Made by a program: the position numbers and the translations under genes. Below the pieces are notes generated by a model. The model had not been told where the DNA came from, did no database searches, and saw nothing but the letters and a program-made list of their open reading frames with translations. Below, piece after piece: positions 1 to 9,975 of a stretch of 64,000 nucleotides of DNA. Origin of the DNA: Vicinamibacterales bacterium (GTDB lineage Bacteria; Acidobacteriota; Vicinamibacteria; Vicinamibacterales; UBA8438); NCBI GenBank assembly GCA_965247955.1, contig OZ252042.1, positions 2,266,559 through 2,330,558 of the forward strand, in the 5' to 3' direction. Each line of letters begins with the position of its first letter. Position 1 is the stretch's first letter.

Positions 1-145
1 GCAGAACTGTCGTGAATGCATTGAGTGTGTTCTCAGTCTCCGAAATCCGTTCGAGATAGGTCTCACATACGTCGACTGCCGATCGTGTGCCTCCAGCTAC
101 AGCCGCTCGCAGGTCCGTCAGTGTAGGTTCGGTCGGCGCTGGCAT
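1..145 (-). CDS. gatA: Glu-tRNA(Gln)/Asp-tRNA(Asn) amidotransferase subunit A, N-terminal fragment (continues beyond window start)
   Basis: Minus-strand ATG at 145..143. My translation MPAPTEPTLTDLRAAVAGGTRSAVDVCETYLERISETENTLNAFTTVL matches the GatA N-terminus. It begins 2 nt after the gatC stop. Confidence 0.8.
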   Translation of the reverse strand, partial: MPAPTEPTLTDLRAAVAGGTRSAVDVCETYLERISETENTLNAFTTVL

Positions 146-147
146 CG

Positions 148-444
148 TCAACCGATCACCTTGGGGACCTTGAAGAGTCCGTTAGGTCCTGAGTCAGGTG
201 CGTTGGCAAGTGCGTCCTCACGGGACAGGGAATCGCACACCTCGTCATCGCGCAATGGTGACGATAGAGACACCGGATGCCAGGTTACCGAGACGTCGGC
301 CGTGTTAACTTCGAGCAGACGCTCGGCGTAATCGAGAACGTCCGCTAGCTGTTTGGTGAAGAGCTCACGTTCTTCAGGAGTGAGGTCGAGGTGGGCCAAC
401 GCCGCAATGCGATCGACGTCGGCGCGTGTCAGACGCGACGGCAT
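148..444 (-). CDS. gatC: Glu-tRNA(Gln)/Asp-tRNA(Asn) amidotransferase subunit C
   Basis: ORF 148..522. The segment VDRIAALAHLDLTPEERELFTKQLADVLDYAERLLEVNT is typical GatC. The internal Met at 444 gives the usual length of about 98 aa, so the longer 5' extension is unlikely. Confidence 0.85.
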   Translation of the reverse strand: MPSRLTRADVDRIAALAHLDLTPEERELFTKQLADVLDYAERLLEVNTADVSVTWHPVSLSSPLRDDEVCDSLSREDALANAPDSGPNGLFKVPKVIG

Positions 445-523
445 GGATGATGCTAACACGACGTCCGGAGTTAAATCTGACTGGATCGAGTTCGTCCAAG
501 CCGTCATCATTAGAACTACCAAT

Positions 524-1417
524 ATGTCAGGCGAGACAAAAGCCAGCTCGCTCTTTGGGCGACCGCGTGCCGAGGTTGACGCGGCACTTCCTGATCGGGA
601 GTCGGTCGTTTGTCCGATCTGCCGGCATGCGCCTCGCCCGTTCGGTGTCGATTTTCAAGGATTGCACCTTGCACGATGTTCGACCTGCGGGTTGGAGGTT
701 CAGCATCCACGGCCGGTGTTCGCACAGCTAGCATCTGCGGTGTACGGCAATGCGTACCATCGGCCTGAGGAAGCGCTAGCGGTTTCTTTTCGCCGCCGGC
801 AGTTCCGTCGTCAGCTCGCACGGCTCGAGCAGTTGCTTCCGACCGGACGGCGTAGTGCGTTGGATGTCGGGTGTGGGGCTGGTGCATTTCTTCGCTTTGC
901 GCGTGACCGCGGGTGGAAGGTCGATGGCACCGATATCGTGGTCACGGAGTTGGCTCGTCGGGCCGGAGCCAGGCTTTGGGATGGACAGCTACCTAGTATC
1001 AACTTTGACGCAGAGCGGCAGTTCGATGTCGTCCGGTTTAACCACGTGCTTGAGCACACTCAGAACCCGCTAGACGAGCTGCAGTGCGCGCGGGACATCA
1101 TTGCCAGCGATGGCATTCTGCTGGTCGGTGTGCCGAATTTGTCTGGCGTCACGAATCAGCTGAAGCACTGGCAGAGTCGGTTACATCTAAAGCTGAAGAG
1201 GTGGAAGCACTACGGTGCTCTCCATCATCTGTGGTTCTTTAATCCGAGAACACTCGGGAAGCTCGTGAAGACAGCGGGTTTCGATGTGGTGTATTGGGAA
1301 ACACCTGTACTAGCGCGTCCTGGCCGGTGGGAAGATTTGGTGAGAACCCTGGTGCGGGCGCCTTTGGAGGCAATCAACGGTGGCGGCTTGCTCGATCTCT
1401 ATGCGCGAGCCCGATGA
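524..1417 (+). CDS. class I SAM-dependent methyltransferase with N-terminal Cys4 zinc ribbon
   Basis: ORF 353..1417. CPICRH...CSTCG is followed by SAM motif I LDVGCGAGAFL. The ATG at 524 avoids overlap with gatC on the opposite strand. Confidence 0.75.
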   Translation: MSGETKASSLFGRPRAEVDAALPDRESVVCPICRHAPRPFGVDFQGLHLARCSTCGLEVQHPRPVFAQLASAVYGNAYHRPEEALAVSFRRRQFRRQLARLEQLLPTGRRSALDVGCGAGAFLRFARDRGWKVDGTDIVVTELARRAGARLWDGQLPSINFDAERQFDVVRFNHVLEHTQNPLDELQCARDIIASDGILLVGVPNLSGVTNQLKHWQSRLHLKLKRWKHYGALHHLWFFNPRTLGKLVKTAGFDVVYWETPVLARPGRWEDLVRTLVRAPLEAINGGGLLDLYARAR

Positions 1418-1539
1418 GCTTTTGGTTTCACTCGTTATTGGTGTGAAGGTCAGACGGCGCTAACCGTCGAGCACTCATGCCAACCGCGCTCTCAGGCTTC
1501 GAGTGGAACCAAACGTGCGGACGGTTTAGTGACTAGGTG

Positions 1540-2418
1540 TCAGTTGGTCGTGTGATAGTTCATTTCGCCAGCCTCAATTCGCACGCGGAGCCGGTTTTCT
1601 AGCGGCGGAAGTGGGCACGTTGTGTAAGGGTTAAACGCGCACGGCGGATTGTACGCTTGGTTGAAGTCGAGCGTGGTCCAGCCGTCTTCTGGGGCGTTTG
1701 CATAGAGGAAACGCGCGGCCGGGTAAGTTTCAAAACCGCTCGTCAAATCCCGAAAGATAAACCACAAGCGATTGCCTCTGTCTACGGGTCGCATCGTGAT
1801 TTCCTTTCCGCTCAGGGTAAGGGTGATGGTCCCCGAGCTTACGAAGGGTTCGAGGTCTCCAAGGATGTTCGGAAACTGGAATGTGACTGGTTCATGCGGC
1901 ACGAAACGGGCGCGGACACGATAAGCGTCATCCACCGGGAACCACCGGCGCCGTGTGAAGTTTCGACGAATGGGGCTATTCTTGTCGCTCACCCGTATCG
2001 CCAGTCGCTCGCCGCTGTAGTGCACCCACATCGATAAGTCACCAATCGTAATGGTGGCTCGCCGCTCACGCGGATAGAGTGACGCCTGCTTCATCGTCTC
2101 ACCGTTGATAGTCAGGGTTTGACCGGATACTGCGTGAACGCTTACCTTCCGGTTTCGTAGCTCGAACACTCCTGCTTCATCAGGCCCCCTGGGTAAGACC
2201 AGGTCGTTGACGGGAGAGGCACCAAAGGTATTTGTTCCCTCGGTCAGGAAGTAGAGTGCTGCCATCGTCAACCAGCCGGTGTCGGCTTTGAGGAGTTCCT
2301 CGCGTTCGGCACGCCAAGCACTAATCTCGGTCTTGTAGTCAGTCTGGATGACACCGGTGATGACCGTTGCACCAAGTATCAGGACGACGAATAACACCAC
2401 GGCGATGAGACGTTTCAC
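1540..2418 (-). CDS. DUF1684 domain-containing protein (N-terminal membrane anchor)
   Basis: 292-aa ORF with a hydrophobic N-terminus. The C-terminal part (...FETYPAARFLYA...FNQAYNPPCAFNPYTTCPLPPLENRL...) resembles the DUF1684 family. Confidence 0.65.
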   Translation of the reverse strand: MKRLIAVVLFVVLILGATVITGVIQTDYKTEISAWRAEREELLKADTGWLTMAALYFLTEGTNTFGASPVNDLVLPRGPDEAGVFELRNRKVSVHAVSGQTLTINGETMKQASLYPRERRATITIGDLSMWVHYSGERLAIRVSDKNSPIRRNFTRRRWFPVDDAYRVRARFVPHEPVTFQFPNILGDLEPFVSSGTITLTLSGKEITMRPVDRGNRLWFIFRDLTSGFETYPAARFLYANAPEDGWTTLDFNQAYNPPCAFNPYTTCPLPPLENRLRVRIEAGEMNYHTTN

Positions 2419-2512
2419 CTCACACCTCTTTTCGGGTTGGAGTAGCCTCAGAATAGTTAATCTTGGAACAGAACACTAGGGGTTTGGGGTGGTTTCGTAA
2501 CTCTTGGAGGTA

Positions 2513-3385
2513 TTAGCTTCCTTGCAATCCCTTCAGGATAGCCAGGTTCTTTAGATCCATGGGGTCCGCCGTAATGTCCGACGGACGAAAGCCACCGGCC
2601 TTTGGCGTTTCGAGTAGCATCGGCAGCGCCGCGAACCGCTCATCTTTCAGCAAGCGACGAAACGGCTCCGTGCCGATACAGCCTTGCCCGATGTGGTCGT
2701 GCCGATCTACTCGACTTCCAAGTGGTTTCTTCGAGTCGTTGAGGTGAAATACTTTGAGACGGTTCAAGCCGATCACATCCTCAAACTCCTCGAAGATCTT
2801 GGCATAGCCTTCGTTCGAGATGATGTCGTAGCCCGCTGCGACGAGGTGGCAAGTGTCGAGACAGATCCCAACAAGAGATGGGTTGTCAATTTGATCGATC
2901 AGCGTTCGAAGCTGTTCAAATCGGTGACCTAGCATTGTTCCCTGTCCAGCCGTGTGCTCCAACAGTAGGAGGGTCGAGCTGGATTCTTGAGCCTGTGCCT
3001 CCATTATTCCTTCGGAGATTCGCTTGAGCCCCTGCTCAGCGGTGCTTGTCGTATACGCACCTGGGTGCAAAACGACTCCCATTAGGCCGAGCAGATCACC
3101 TCGTTTCAACTCCTCAGCCAGAGCAGCGATGGACCGTCGACGCAAGATAGGGTCAGGCGTAGCGAGATTGATAAGGTAACTGGTGTGCGCAACAATCGGA
3201 TCGATTCCGCTCGCGGCGGCACGTGCACGGAACGCCTCTACTTCAGCATCGTCCAGTGGCCTGGCGCGCCACTGGTTAGAGTTTTTCGTAAAGATCTGAA
3301 GAGCTTCGCACCCGGTGTTTTCGGCGCGGTCGATGGCGCGGGATACACCACCAGCGATTGATGCGTGTACACCTAACCGTGGCAT
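2513..3385 (-). CDS. nfo: deoxyribonuclease IV (endonuclease IV)
   Basis: ORF 2513..3439. LGVHASIAGG...ALQIFTKNSNQW...HTSYLINL...HLNDSK are Nfo/AP endonuclease family 2 hallmarks. The likely start is MPRLGVH at 3385. Confidence 0.85.
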   Translation of the reverse strand: MPRLGVHASIAGGVSRAIDRAENTGCEALQIFTKNSNQWRARPLDDAEVEAFRARAAASGIDPIVAHTSYLINLATPDPILRRRSIAALAEELKRGDLLGLMGVVLHPGAYTTSTAEQGLKRISEGIMEAQAQESSSTLLLLEHTAGQGTMLGHRFEQLRTLIDQIDNPSLVGICLDTCHLVAAGYDIISNEGYAKIFEEFEDVIGLNRLKVFHLNDSKKPLGSRVDRHDHIGQGCIGTEPFRRLLKDERFAALPMLLETPKAGGFRPSDITADPMDLKNLAILKGLQGS

Positions 3386-3676
3386 GGGAGGATTATCAGG
3401 TCTTGGTAGAAGTCTTGCTTCATTTGGAGGGCGATGCACCCCGCTTAGGATTTCACTAAGCTTTGCATGAGTGGCCTTCAGTATTTCAGATATTTTCGGT
3501 CATCGCATCTTGCCCAGACCTGGCGCGGCTCTTGCCGAGCGGTGTCTCGGTGAAACACTAGATTCTTACTACGGGCTGCTAGGACTTGCTTCCGTGAACG
3601 CTGGTGGAGAATCATGTAGGGTTCAGTGTAGAGGTTTTCGCATTCTTAGTCGTCTGAAACTATCACTGAAGGGCAA

Positions 3677-6361
3677 GTGCAGTCTTTCATGAGCTCGAAT
3701 TCTTTCGGTGCTCGGCAGTCACTGCAGGTCGGTGACGAGCAGGTTCAGTTCTACAGCCTACGGGCTCTCGAGCTTTCTGGATATCCTAGGGTCGCGAGTC
3801 TGCCGTACTCGCTCAAGATCCTTCTCGAGAACATGTTGCGGCATGAGGATGGGCGATTCGTCACTTCCGAAGCCATCGAAATGTTGGCTTGTTGGACCCC
3901 TGGTGCGGCCAAGGAGATCGCGTTCATGCCGGCACGCGTCCTCCTTCAGGACTTTACTGGTGTTCCGGCGGTGGTCGATCTCGCGGCCATGCGTGATGGG
4001 ATCGTACGACTCGGCGGTGATCCGAACGTGATTAACCCAGTGCAGCCAGCCGAGCTGGTGATCGACCATTCGGTCCAGGTCGATCATTTCGGTGCGGCAA
4101 ACTCCTTTGAGCTGAATGCACAGCTAGAGTTCTCGCGCAATAAGGAGCGCTACGCGATCCTCAAGTGGGGGCAGGATACGTTCTCCAACTTCAAAGTAGT
4201 TCCGCCGGATACCGGGATCGTGCATCAGATTAATATCGAGTACCTCGCCCGGGTCGTTTGCCGTGACGAGACTGATAGCTTGCCTATTGTCTACCCGGAC
4301 ACACTAGTAGGGACAGATTCGCACACGACGATGGTTAATGGTCTGGGTGTCGTCGGCTGGGGGGTCGGAGGGATCGAGGCCGAGGCCGCCATGCTTGGGC
4401 AACCGATTTCCATGCTGGTACCAGAGGTCATCGGCTTTCAATTGAAGGGGCGGTTGCCTGACGGCACCACAGCCACTGATCTCGTACTGACGATTACTGA
4501 GCGTTTGCGACAGTACGGCGTCGTCGGCAGGTTCGTCGAGTTCTTCGGTCCCGGACTCGGGTCTCTGACGGTCGCCGACCGTGCCACGCTTGGCAACATG
4601 TCGCCGGAGTATGGCTCGACCGTGGCGGTCTGTCCGATCGACGAAATGACAGTCGATTACCTGAAGCTTACGGGTCGAAACTCCAGACAGATTGCGCTGG
4701 TCGATTCCTATGCGAAGGCGCAGGGGCTGTTTGCGAACGAACTGGACAAGCCGATCTACACGGATATCATCGAGTTTGATCTTGGTAGCGTTGAACCGAG
4801 TATCGCCGGTCCACAACGTCCACAGGACCGGGTCCCGCTCGCGCAAGCTAAACCAGCCTTTGTGGACGCCCTCGAGCTCATGCAGGCTGGCTCTCTCTCT
4901 GGGTCAGCCGCCGCGGCAAATGGCAACGGCCTCGATCATGGAGCGATTGTCATAGCTGCAATCACCAGTTGCACCAATACGTCGAATCCTAGCGTGATGC
5001 TGGCTGCCGGTCTGCTGGCAAAGAAGGCAGCCGAGCGTGGACTTACCCCTAAACCATGGGTCAAAACTAGTTTGGCTCCTGGTTCGATGGTGGTCACGGA
5101 GTATCTGAAGGCTGCAGGTCTCATGGAACCGTTGGAGCAGCTCGGTTTTAGCCTCGTCGGGTATGGCTGCACCACCTGTATCGGCAACAGTGGTCCCCTT
5201 CCGGAAGACGTGGCGAATGCGATCAGGGATCATGACCTCGTGGTCGCCTCGGTCTTGAGCGGCAATCGGAACTTCGAGGGTCGGGTACAGCCGCTCATTC
5301 GAGCCAACTATCTGGCGTCACCGCCGCTCGTCGTCGCGTACGCGTTGGCTGGACGTATGACGACCGACATTACGACGGAGCCACTCGCGCAAGACCGCAC
5401 GGGTCAAAACGTCTACCTGAAAGATCTGTGGCCGTCTGCAAGTGAAGTCCAGGCCGCGATGGTGTCGGCGGTCAAGACCGAGCAGTTTATCGAGAAGTAC
5501 GCCAGCGTGTTCGACGGCGACGACCGATGGCGCAGTCTCCTCGTGCCCAGTGGGCAGCAGTTTGCCTGGGACGATAGATCGACCTACATACAGTATCCGC
5601 CGTTTTTTGAGGATCTCTCACTCGAACCGGAGCCCATGAGTGACATTATCGGCGCGCGCGTACTGGCCTTGTTCGGCGATAGCGTCACTACTGACCACAT
5701 TTCGCCGGCCGGAGCCATTCCTCCCGATGGACCAGCCGGTAAGTACCTGATCGCCCACGGGGTCGAGCCGCGAGGCTTTAATTCGTTCGGGAGCCGCCGC
5801 GGTAACCACGAGGTAATGTTGCGTGGGACCTTCGCGAACATCCGGGTGCGCAATCAGCTGGCGCCTGGCACGGAAGGTGGGTGGACGCGGCATCTGCCTG
5901 ACGGCGAACAGATGAGCATCTACGCCGCCGGTATGCGGTACAAGAAGGAGGGGACACCGCTCCTCGTGTTGGCAGGCAAGGAGTATGGTACCGGCTCGTC
6001 ACGGGACTGGGCGGCTAAGGGGACGATGCTTCTTGGAGTGCGTGCCGTCCTAGCCGAGAGCTTCGAGCGTATTCATCGGAGTAACCTCGTTTTTATGGGA
6101 GTGTTGCCGTTGCAATTCAAAGCCGGCGAAACGGTGTCGAATCTCGGACTAACAGGGGAGGAGTCCTGGGAGGTTGTCGGGATTGCGGATTGCTTGAAGC
6201 CTAGGGGAGATGTCACGGTGAAGGTGACCGCATCGGATGGATCGACGAAGCGGTTTAAAGCTACGGTCAGGATTGACACGCTGGAAGAGCTCAGCTACTA
6301 CCAGGATGGTGGGATTCTGCCGTATGTTTTGCGTCAGCTGGTTCGTAACTCTGACAATTAG
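3677..6361 (+). CDS. acnA: aconitate hydratase AcnA
   Basis: 894-aa ORF with full-length aconitase A similarity ([22 protein letters not shown] and CTTCIGNSG cluster-ligand motifs). The start could be GTG 3677 or ATG 3689. Confidence 0.95.
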   Translation: MQSFMSSNSFGARQSLQVGDEQVQFYSLRALELSGYPRVASLPYSLKILLENMLRHEDGRFVTSEAIEMLACWTPGAAKEIAFMPARVLLQDFTGVPAVVDLAAMRDGIVRLGGDPNVINPVQPAELVIDHSVQVDHFGAANSFELNAQLEFSRNKERYAILKWGQDTFSNFKVVPPDTGIVHQINIEYLARVVCRDETDSLPIVYPDTLVGTDSHTTMVNGLGVVGWGVGGIEAEAAMLGQPISMLVPEVIGFQLKGRLPDGTTATDLVLTITERLRQYGVVGRFVEFFGPGLGSLTVADRATLGNMSPEYGSTVAVCPIDEMTVDYLKLTGRNSRQIALVDSYAKAQGLFANELDKPIYTDIIEFDLGSVEPSIAGPQRPQDRVPLAQAKPAFVDALELMQAGSLSGSAAAANGNGLDHGAIVIAAITSCTNTSNPSVMLAAGLLAKKAAERGLTPKPWVKTSLAPGSMVVTEYLKAAGLMEPLEQLGFSLVGYGCTTCIGNSGPLPEDVANAIRDHDLVVASVLSGNRNFEGRVQPLIRANYLASPPLVVAYALAGRMTTDITTEPLAQDRTGQNVYLKDLWPSASEVQAAMVSAVKTEQFIEKYASVFDGDDRWRSLLVPSGQQFAWDDRSTYIQYPPFFEDLSLEPEPMSDIIGARVLALFGDSVTTDHISPAGAIPPDGPAGKYLIAHGVEPRGFNSFGSRRGNHEVMLRGTFANIRVRNQLAPGTEGGWTRHLPDGEQMSIYAAGMRYKKEGTPLLVLAGKEYGTGSSRDWAAKGTMLLGVRAVLAESFERIHRSNLVFMGVLPLQFKAGETVSNLGLTGEESWEVVGIADCLKPRGDVTVKVTASDGSTKRFKATVRIDTLEELSYYQDGGILPYVLRQLVRNSDN

Positions 6362-6456
6362 GGAACCCGCCATACGTCTACCGGTACTTCGCTTTTCGTC
6401 TGTGCCGTACTGGTTTTAGCCTCGGTGATTCGGTAACAAATTAGCGTGGAGGAATC

Positions 6457-7320
6457 ATGACCAAGATCTTCACACGGCTCGTCTTTATGGTGGTATTGGG
6501 GTTGCTCAGTGTAGCCGCCTTCGCGCAACAGGCGCCACAGCGGGATATCAGCAAGATTGCTGGAGACCTCTACCGGTTCAAGAACAACTTCCACTACTCG
6601 GTCTTTTTGGTGACGCCGGAAGGGGTAATCGCCACCGATCCTATCAATAGAGAGGCTGCTCAGTGGCTCCAAGACCAGATTGTTCAACGGTTTGGATTGT
6701 CAATTAGATACGTCGTCTACAGTCACGATCATGCCGATCATATTTCTGGTGGTGCAGTGTTCCAAGAAGCGGGGGCTCTTGTCATCGCGCATGAAGCTGC
6801 CAAGCGTGACATCATCGACGAAAACCACCCAACTGTGGTTCCAGATATCACGTTTGACCAGAAACTCACGATCGAGTTAGGTGGCAAGGTTGTAGAACTG
6901 AATTACGTTGGTCGTAACCATTCGGACAACTCGCTTGTCATGCACTTTCCTGAAGAACGCACGCTCTTTGCTGTTGACTTCATCCCCGTGCAATCAATGC
7001 CGTATCAAAACCTTGCAGATTGGTACATCCCAGACTGGGTCGATTCCCTCAGAGCCGTCGAACAGATGGATTTCGACATTTTGGCACCAGGCCATGGTCC
7101 TCTTGGCGACAAGTCTGACGTGACGGCTATCCGGCGGTACGCTGAGGAGTTGATCGGTGCGGTCTCAGAAGCGGTTCGAGCGGGCCAAACGCTCGAAGAA
7201 GCCCAAGCCTCGATCGTATTCCCGGAGTATCGTGACTGGAGTCAATACGAGCAATATTTGCCGCTCAATATCGAAGGTGTCTACAATCGGATTCAACTGC
7301 AAAGGGCTGGTGAGAATTAG
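6457..7320 (+). CDS. MBL-fold metallo-hydrolase, secreted
   Basis: GGAGG RBS, signal-like N-terminus and the HDHADH zinc-binding motif. Confidence 0.8.
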   Translation: MTKIFTRLVFMVVLGLLSVAAFAQQAPQRDISKIAGDLYRFKNNFHYSVFLVTPEGVIATDPINREAAQWLQDQIVQRFGLSIRYVVYSHDHADHISGGAVFQEAGALVIAHEAAKRDIIDENHPTVVPDITFDQKLTIELGGKVVELNYVGRNHSDNSLVMHFPEERTLFAVDFIPVQSMPYQNLADWYIPDWVDSLRAVEQMDFDILAPGHGPLGDKSDVTAIRRYAEELIGAVSEAVRAGQTLEEAQASIVFPEYRDWSQYEQYLPLNIEGVYNRIQLQRAGEN

Positions 7321-7339
7321 ATACTGTCGAAACGTGAAC

Positions 7340-7373
7340 GAAGTTGGCCGGGATTGGCCATGGGGCCAACTTC
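7340..7373. terminator. candidate bidirectional terminator hairpin between convergent genes
   Basis: GAAGTTGGCC (7340..7349) and GGCCAACTTC (7364..7373) form a perfect 10-bp stem with a 14-nt loop. There is no clear U-tract. Confidence 0.3.
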
Positions 7374-7485
7374 ATGGAAGCCTGAGCGGGGACGTAGAGC
7401 GGACGGCGTTAACCCGAGTTATGGGGTCTGGTGTTCATCTTGCGATCTAGTCACGAGTTAGCTCGTCGTCTGACGAAACACCAAG

Positions 7486-8478
7486 TTAACAGAGGCTTTC
7501 CTTGTGAGTTTTTGGGACATTACTGACGAGGTACTCAAAGATTTCACCCCGTGCACACGCGTTGGAGTTGATGGCCCGCCTTGCTCGCACCTTATACGTT
7601 TTTAGACCAACCGCAGCGGCTTCACGGTTTCCGTCGTACAGGTCAGCGATTTCCGGTGCGATTGAGTTACTCAGAACAACCCAACAGCCACGTCGAGCCA
7701 ACGCAATCACTACGGTCTGAAGGCGTCGCTGGTCAGCCATCGAGAAGCCAGCGGCTGTGTACGACGTGAACATGGCCGTACGGCTGATTGGTGCGTAAGG
7801 CGGATCGAAGTACAAGAAGTCTCCAGCTTGTGCTCGGTCGAGCACCGACTCGAACCCGGCCTGATAGACGTCAGCACGTGCAGCCGTCAGCGCCCGCGCC
7901 ACCAGCCTGAGATTGTTCCGGTTACAGATGAGAGGATTGGTATAGCGACCGATTGGCACGTTGAATAGTCCCTGGGAGTTGAGCCGGAACAAGCCGTTGA
8001 ATCCAGTCCGGTTTAGGTAGATCAGTTTTGCTGCCAGTGCGGGTGTGTACTGGATACTCTGAGATTCTATGCCGTTGGAGATGCGTTGGCGTTGAGGATT
8101 AAATTGTTCGTCTCTGACCCGGTAGTAGTGTTTCTTCGGATTGTGTCTTGATCCAGCGGCCAGTTGTGCCAGATGACGGATGACCGATTCGACTTTGTCA
8201 CGAACCATCAGGTAACAGCCAACTAAGTCAGCATTGTTATCGATCAACGCTGTTCTACAGTTAGCGATCAGTCTACGGTTGTGAAGATCGAAGAAAACTG
8301 CACCACTTCCTATAAACGGCTCATAGTACGTCCCGAAAGTCTTCGGATAGAACTCCCTGATCTGTGGAAGAAGTTGACGTTTACCTCCGGCCCATTTCAA
8401 GAAGGGGCGGACGGGTTTCTTTAGTGGAGGAGCCTCGGACGACTCAGGAAACTGAACCACTGTGTTCTGATGTTCCAT
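7486..8478 (-). CDS. Dam-family site-specific DNA adenine (N6) methyltransferase, solitary
   Basis: FLKWAGGKRQLLPQI (SAM-binding region), NRTGFNGLFRLN and the catalytic FDPPY motif. No nuclease ORF lies adjacent. Confidence 0.85.
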   Translation of the reverse strand: MEHQNTVVQFPESSEAPPLKKPVRPFLKWAGGKRQLLPQIREFYPKTFGTYYEPFIGSGAVFFDLHNRRLIANCRTALIDNNADLVGCYLMVRDKVESVIRHLAQLAAGSRHNPKKHYYRVRDEQFNPQRQRISNGIESQSIQYTPALAAKLIYLNRTGFNGLFRLNSQGLFNVPIGRYTNPLICNRNNLRLVARALTAARADVYQAGFESVLDRAQAGDFLYFDPPYAPISRTAMFTSYTAAGFSMADQRRLQTVVIALARRGCWVVLSNSIAPEIADLYDGNREAAAVGLKTYKVRARRAINSNACARGEIFEYLVSNVPKTHKESLC

Positions 8479-8627
8479 AGGGAAAGGGCTGGCGACTAAC
8501 GAGCCTCCGCATGATAGTACCGAAGGCCGTCCTTCCCGTGTGACATGTCGGTTGATCTGATAGCGTCAAGATATCAAGGGCCACGGCAACTAAACACAGA
8601 GAGTTGTACAGGCTGGTTAAACTCCTG

Positions 8628-8840
8628 CTACTTGACTTTGACTTTACGGCCAGTCTTAGTGCGTTTCGCCTTTGACGGTGCGGGAACCGTGCTGGACTTG
8701 AGTTCGACCATCATGGTGACGAACCGACGCACGCCATGCTCGTCGAAATCAATGACCGTGTGATGTTCATTGCTCTCGACCACGGTTCCTGGGCCGTACT
8801 GAGCCTGCGAAACGCGCTTACCGGGAGAGTATCTAGGCAT
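8628..8840 (-). CDS. small hypothetical protein with Lys-rich tail (DUF3553-like N-terminal fold suspected)
   Basis: 70-aa ORF with an AAAGGA upstream. The GKRVSQAQYGPGTVVE...VIDFDEHGVRRF pattern resembles small Tudor-like DUF3553 proteins. The C-terminus is KAKRTKTGRKVKVK. Confidence 0.4.
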   Translation of the reverse strand: MPRYSPGKRVSQAQYGPGTVVESNEHHTVIDFDEHGVRRFVTMMVELKSSTVPAPSKAKRTKTGRKVKVK

Positions 8841-9210
8841 TCGTGAGATGTCCTTTAGGTTAAAGTAAAGTGTTTAAGCGTCCACAAAGCTTAGTCTTGT
8901 TGGATGGCTCAACCCGCCAGCAAGACAGAGACTTTAGCCGGTGCTGGGCAGCAGCCTTAGTGGAAATACATCTGCCAGTGTAGCACCTCCTTTCATTTGC
9001 GCGGTGTTCTAACCTGCTACCGTATTGCAAGCAGTTAGTGCTGATAGCCGAGATACTAGAGGATTCACTGGAGAAACTCGATTTTGTCGAGAACTAGTTC
9101 CGTGACCTCACCGAGTCCGTCTAGACTTTGAAGGAGACCAAGGATGTATTCTTGGTGATGGCCATGAGTTCTTGGTAATCCTGGCACTCTGTGTACGTCT
9201 CTGGAGTGCC

Positions 9211-9219
9211 TGATATAAT
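9211..9219 (+). promoter_or_regulatory. candidate extended -10 promoter element for infA
   Basis: TGATATAAT (TGnTATAAT) lies 19 nt upstream of the infA TTG start, with an AGGAG RBS at 9228..9232. No good -35 element is present. Confidence 0.35.
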
Positions 9220-9237
9220 TTCTTAATAGGAGCATAT

Positions 9238-9456
9238 TTGGCAAAGGACGATCTTATTGATGTGCAGGGCACGGTAACAGCAGTGCATAGCGGAGGCCTG
9301 TATCGGGTGCAGTGTGATCCCGGCCACGAGGTGCTGGCGCAGCTGAGCGGAAGGATGCGACGGTTTCGAATCAAAGTCGTTCCTGGTGACCGCGTCAAGG
9401 TGGGCGTATCACCGTACGATCCGACCCGTGGGCTTATCACCTTCCGCGAGCGGTAG
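9238..9456 (+). CDS. infA: translation initiation factor IF-1
   Basis: 72-aa ORF with a TTG start. AKDDLIDVQGTV...YRVQ...ILAQLSGRMRRFRIKVVPGDRVKVGVSPYDPTRGLITFR is canonical IF-1. Confidence 0.95.
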   Translation: MAKDDLIDVQGTVTAVHSGGLYRVQCDPGHEVLAQLSGRMRRFRIKVVPGDRVKVGVSPYDPTRGLITFRER

Positions 9457-9580
9457 GAAGTCTCAGTAAAACCTAAGTCGAGCTAGGACTTCTGACCCGC
9501 CTAAGTAGTCGGGTGCGTATGCTAGGATTGAGCTTTGCGCGCCTTGCGGCTGCGCATTGTTGCAGATAGGCCGCCCGCCC

Positions 9581-9656
9581 GCCGGCGTAGCTCAGCTGGT
9601 AGAGCAGCTGATTCGTAATCAGCAGGTCAACGGTTCGAGTCCGTTCGCCGGCTCCA
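9581..9656 (+). tRNA. tRNA-Thr (anticodon CGT), CCA encoded
   Basis: I folded the cloverleaf by hand. Acceptor GCCGGCG/CGCCGGC, D arm GCTC-AGCTGGTA-GAGC, anticodon arm GCTGA-TTCGTAA-TCAGC, variable AGGTC, T arm AACGG-TTCGAGT-CCGTT, discriminator T, then CCA. Confidence 0.9.
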
Positions 9657-9670
9657 GTTTTTCCTAATAA
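9604..9670 (+). repeat. direct repeat copy 1 (tRNA-Thr 3' half plus 14 nt), att-like
   Basis: 67 bp, identical to 11194..11260 except for one mismatch (C at 9620 versus T at 11210). Confidence 0.9.
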
Positions 9671-9747
9671 TACCGACTGTTTTCGATCGGACGCCGTCAG
9701 GTCGTGCAGCTGTTGGATGTTCGCCAGGAGACGATGAATCTCCATGA

Positions 9748-9870
9748 TCATCCCGCACGGCGGCAGGTGGCCTTCCACGCGGTCTTAACCGACTTGATTG
9801 GCTCCACCACCTCATTGCCAAACACGTACGCCGAGGGGGAGGCCGGGGTTGCCCTTTCGGGTCCGTCTGA
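9748..9870 (-). pseudogene. possible tyrosine-integrase C-terminal relic
   Basis: My minus-strand translation ...SAYVFGNEVVEPIKSVKTAWKATCRRAG* resembles the segment just before the HDLRHT box of phage-type integrases. It is interrupted by TGA, and an LHDL fragment lies in another frame next to the tRNA. Confidence 0.3.
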
Positions 9871-9975
9871 CGCATTTTCAGGATGCTTCGCAGCCGCTAG
9901 CCAATTAGGAGAAGGCGCTGTTGATAGGTCTTGGTCCGCTCGACCGGCGGGCGGCTCAACGGGGACGGCTGTTAG

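Noticed and set aside
353-523. Long 5' extensions of several ORFs in the supplied track: 353..523, 36145..36234, 16388..16423, 19254..19412, 25845..25940 and 63031..63222.
   Set aside because: These extensions overlap neighbouring genes or pseudogene relics. They lack homology, and each precedes an internal start that matches the conserved N-terminus or signal peptide.
8841-9237. The 397-bp non-coding gap upstream of infA, considered as a possible ncRNA or a remnant of the missing nuclease partner of the solitary Dam MTase.
   Set aside because: All six frames are full of stops and show no recognisable protein fragments. I saw no convincing conserved RNA structure by eye. A covariance-model search would be needed before any call.
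9473-9778. ORFs 9473..9778 and 11162..11551 on the minus strand both contain LLGKTGAGERTRTVDLLITNQL.
   Set aside because: The shared peptide is simply the reverse-complement translation of the tRNA-Thr 3' half and its duplicated copy. They are not protein-coding paralogs.
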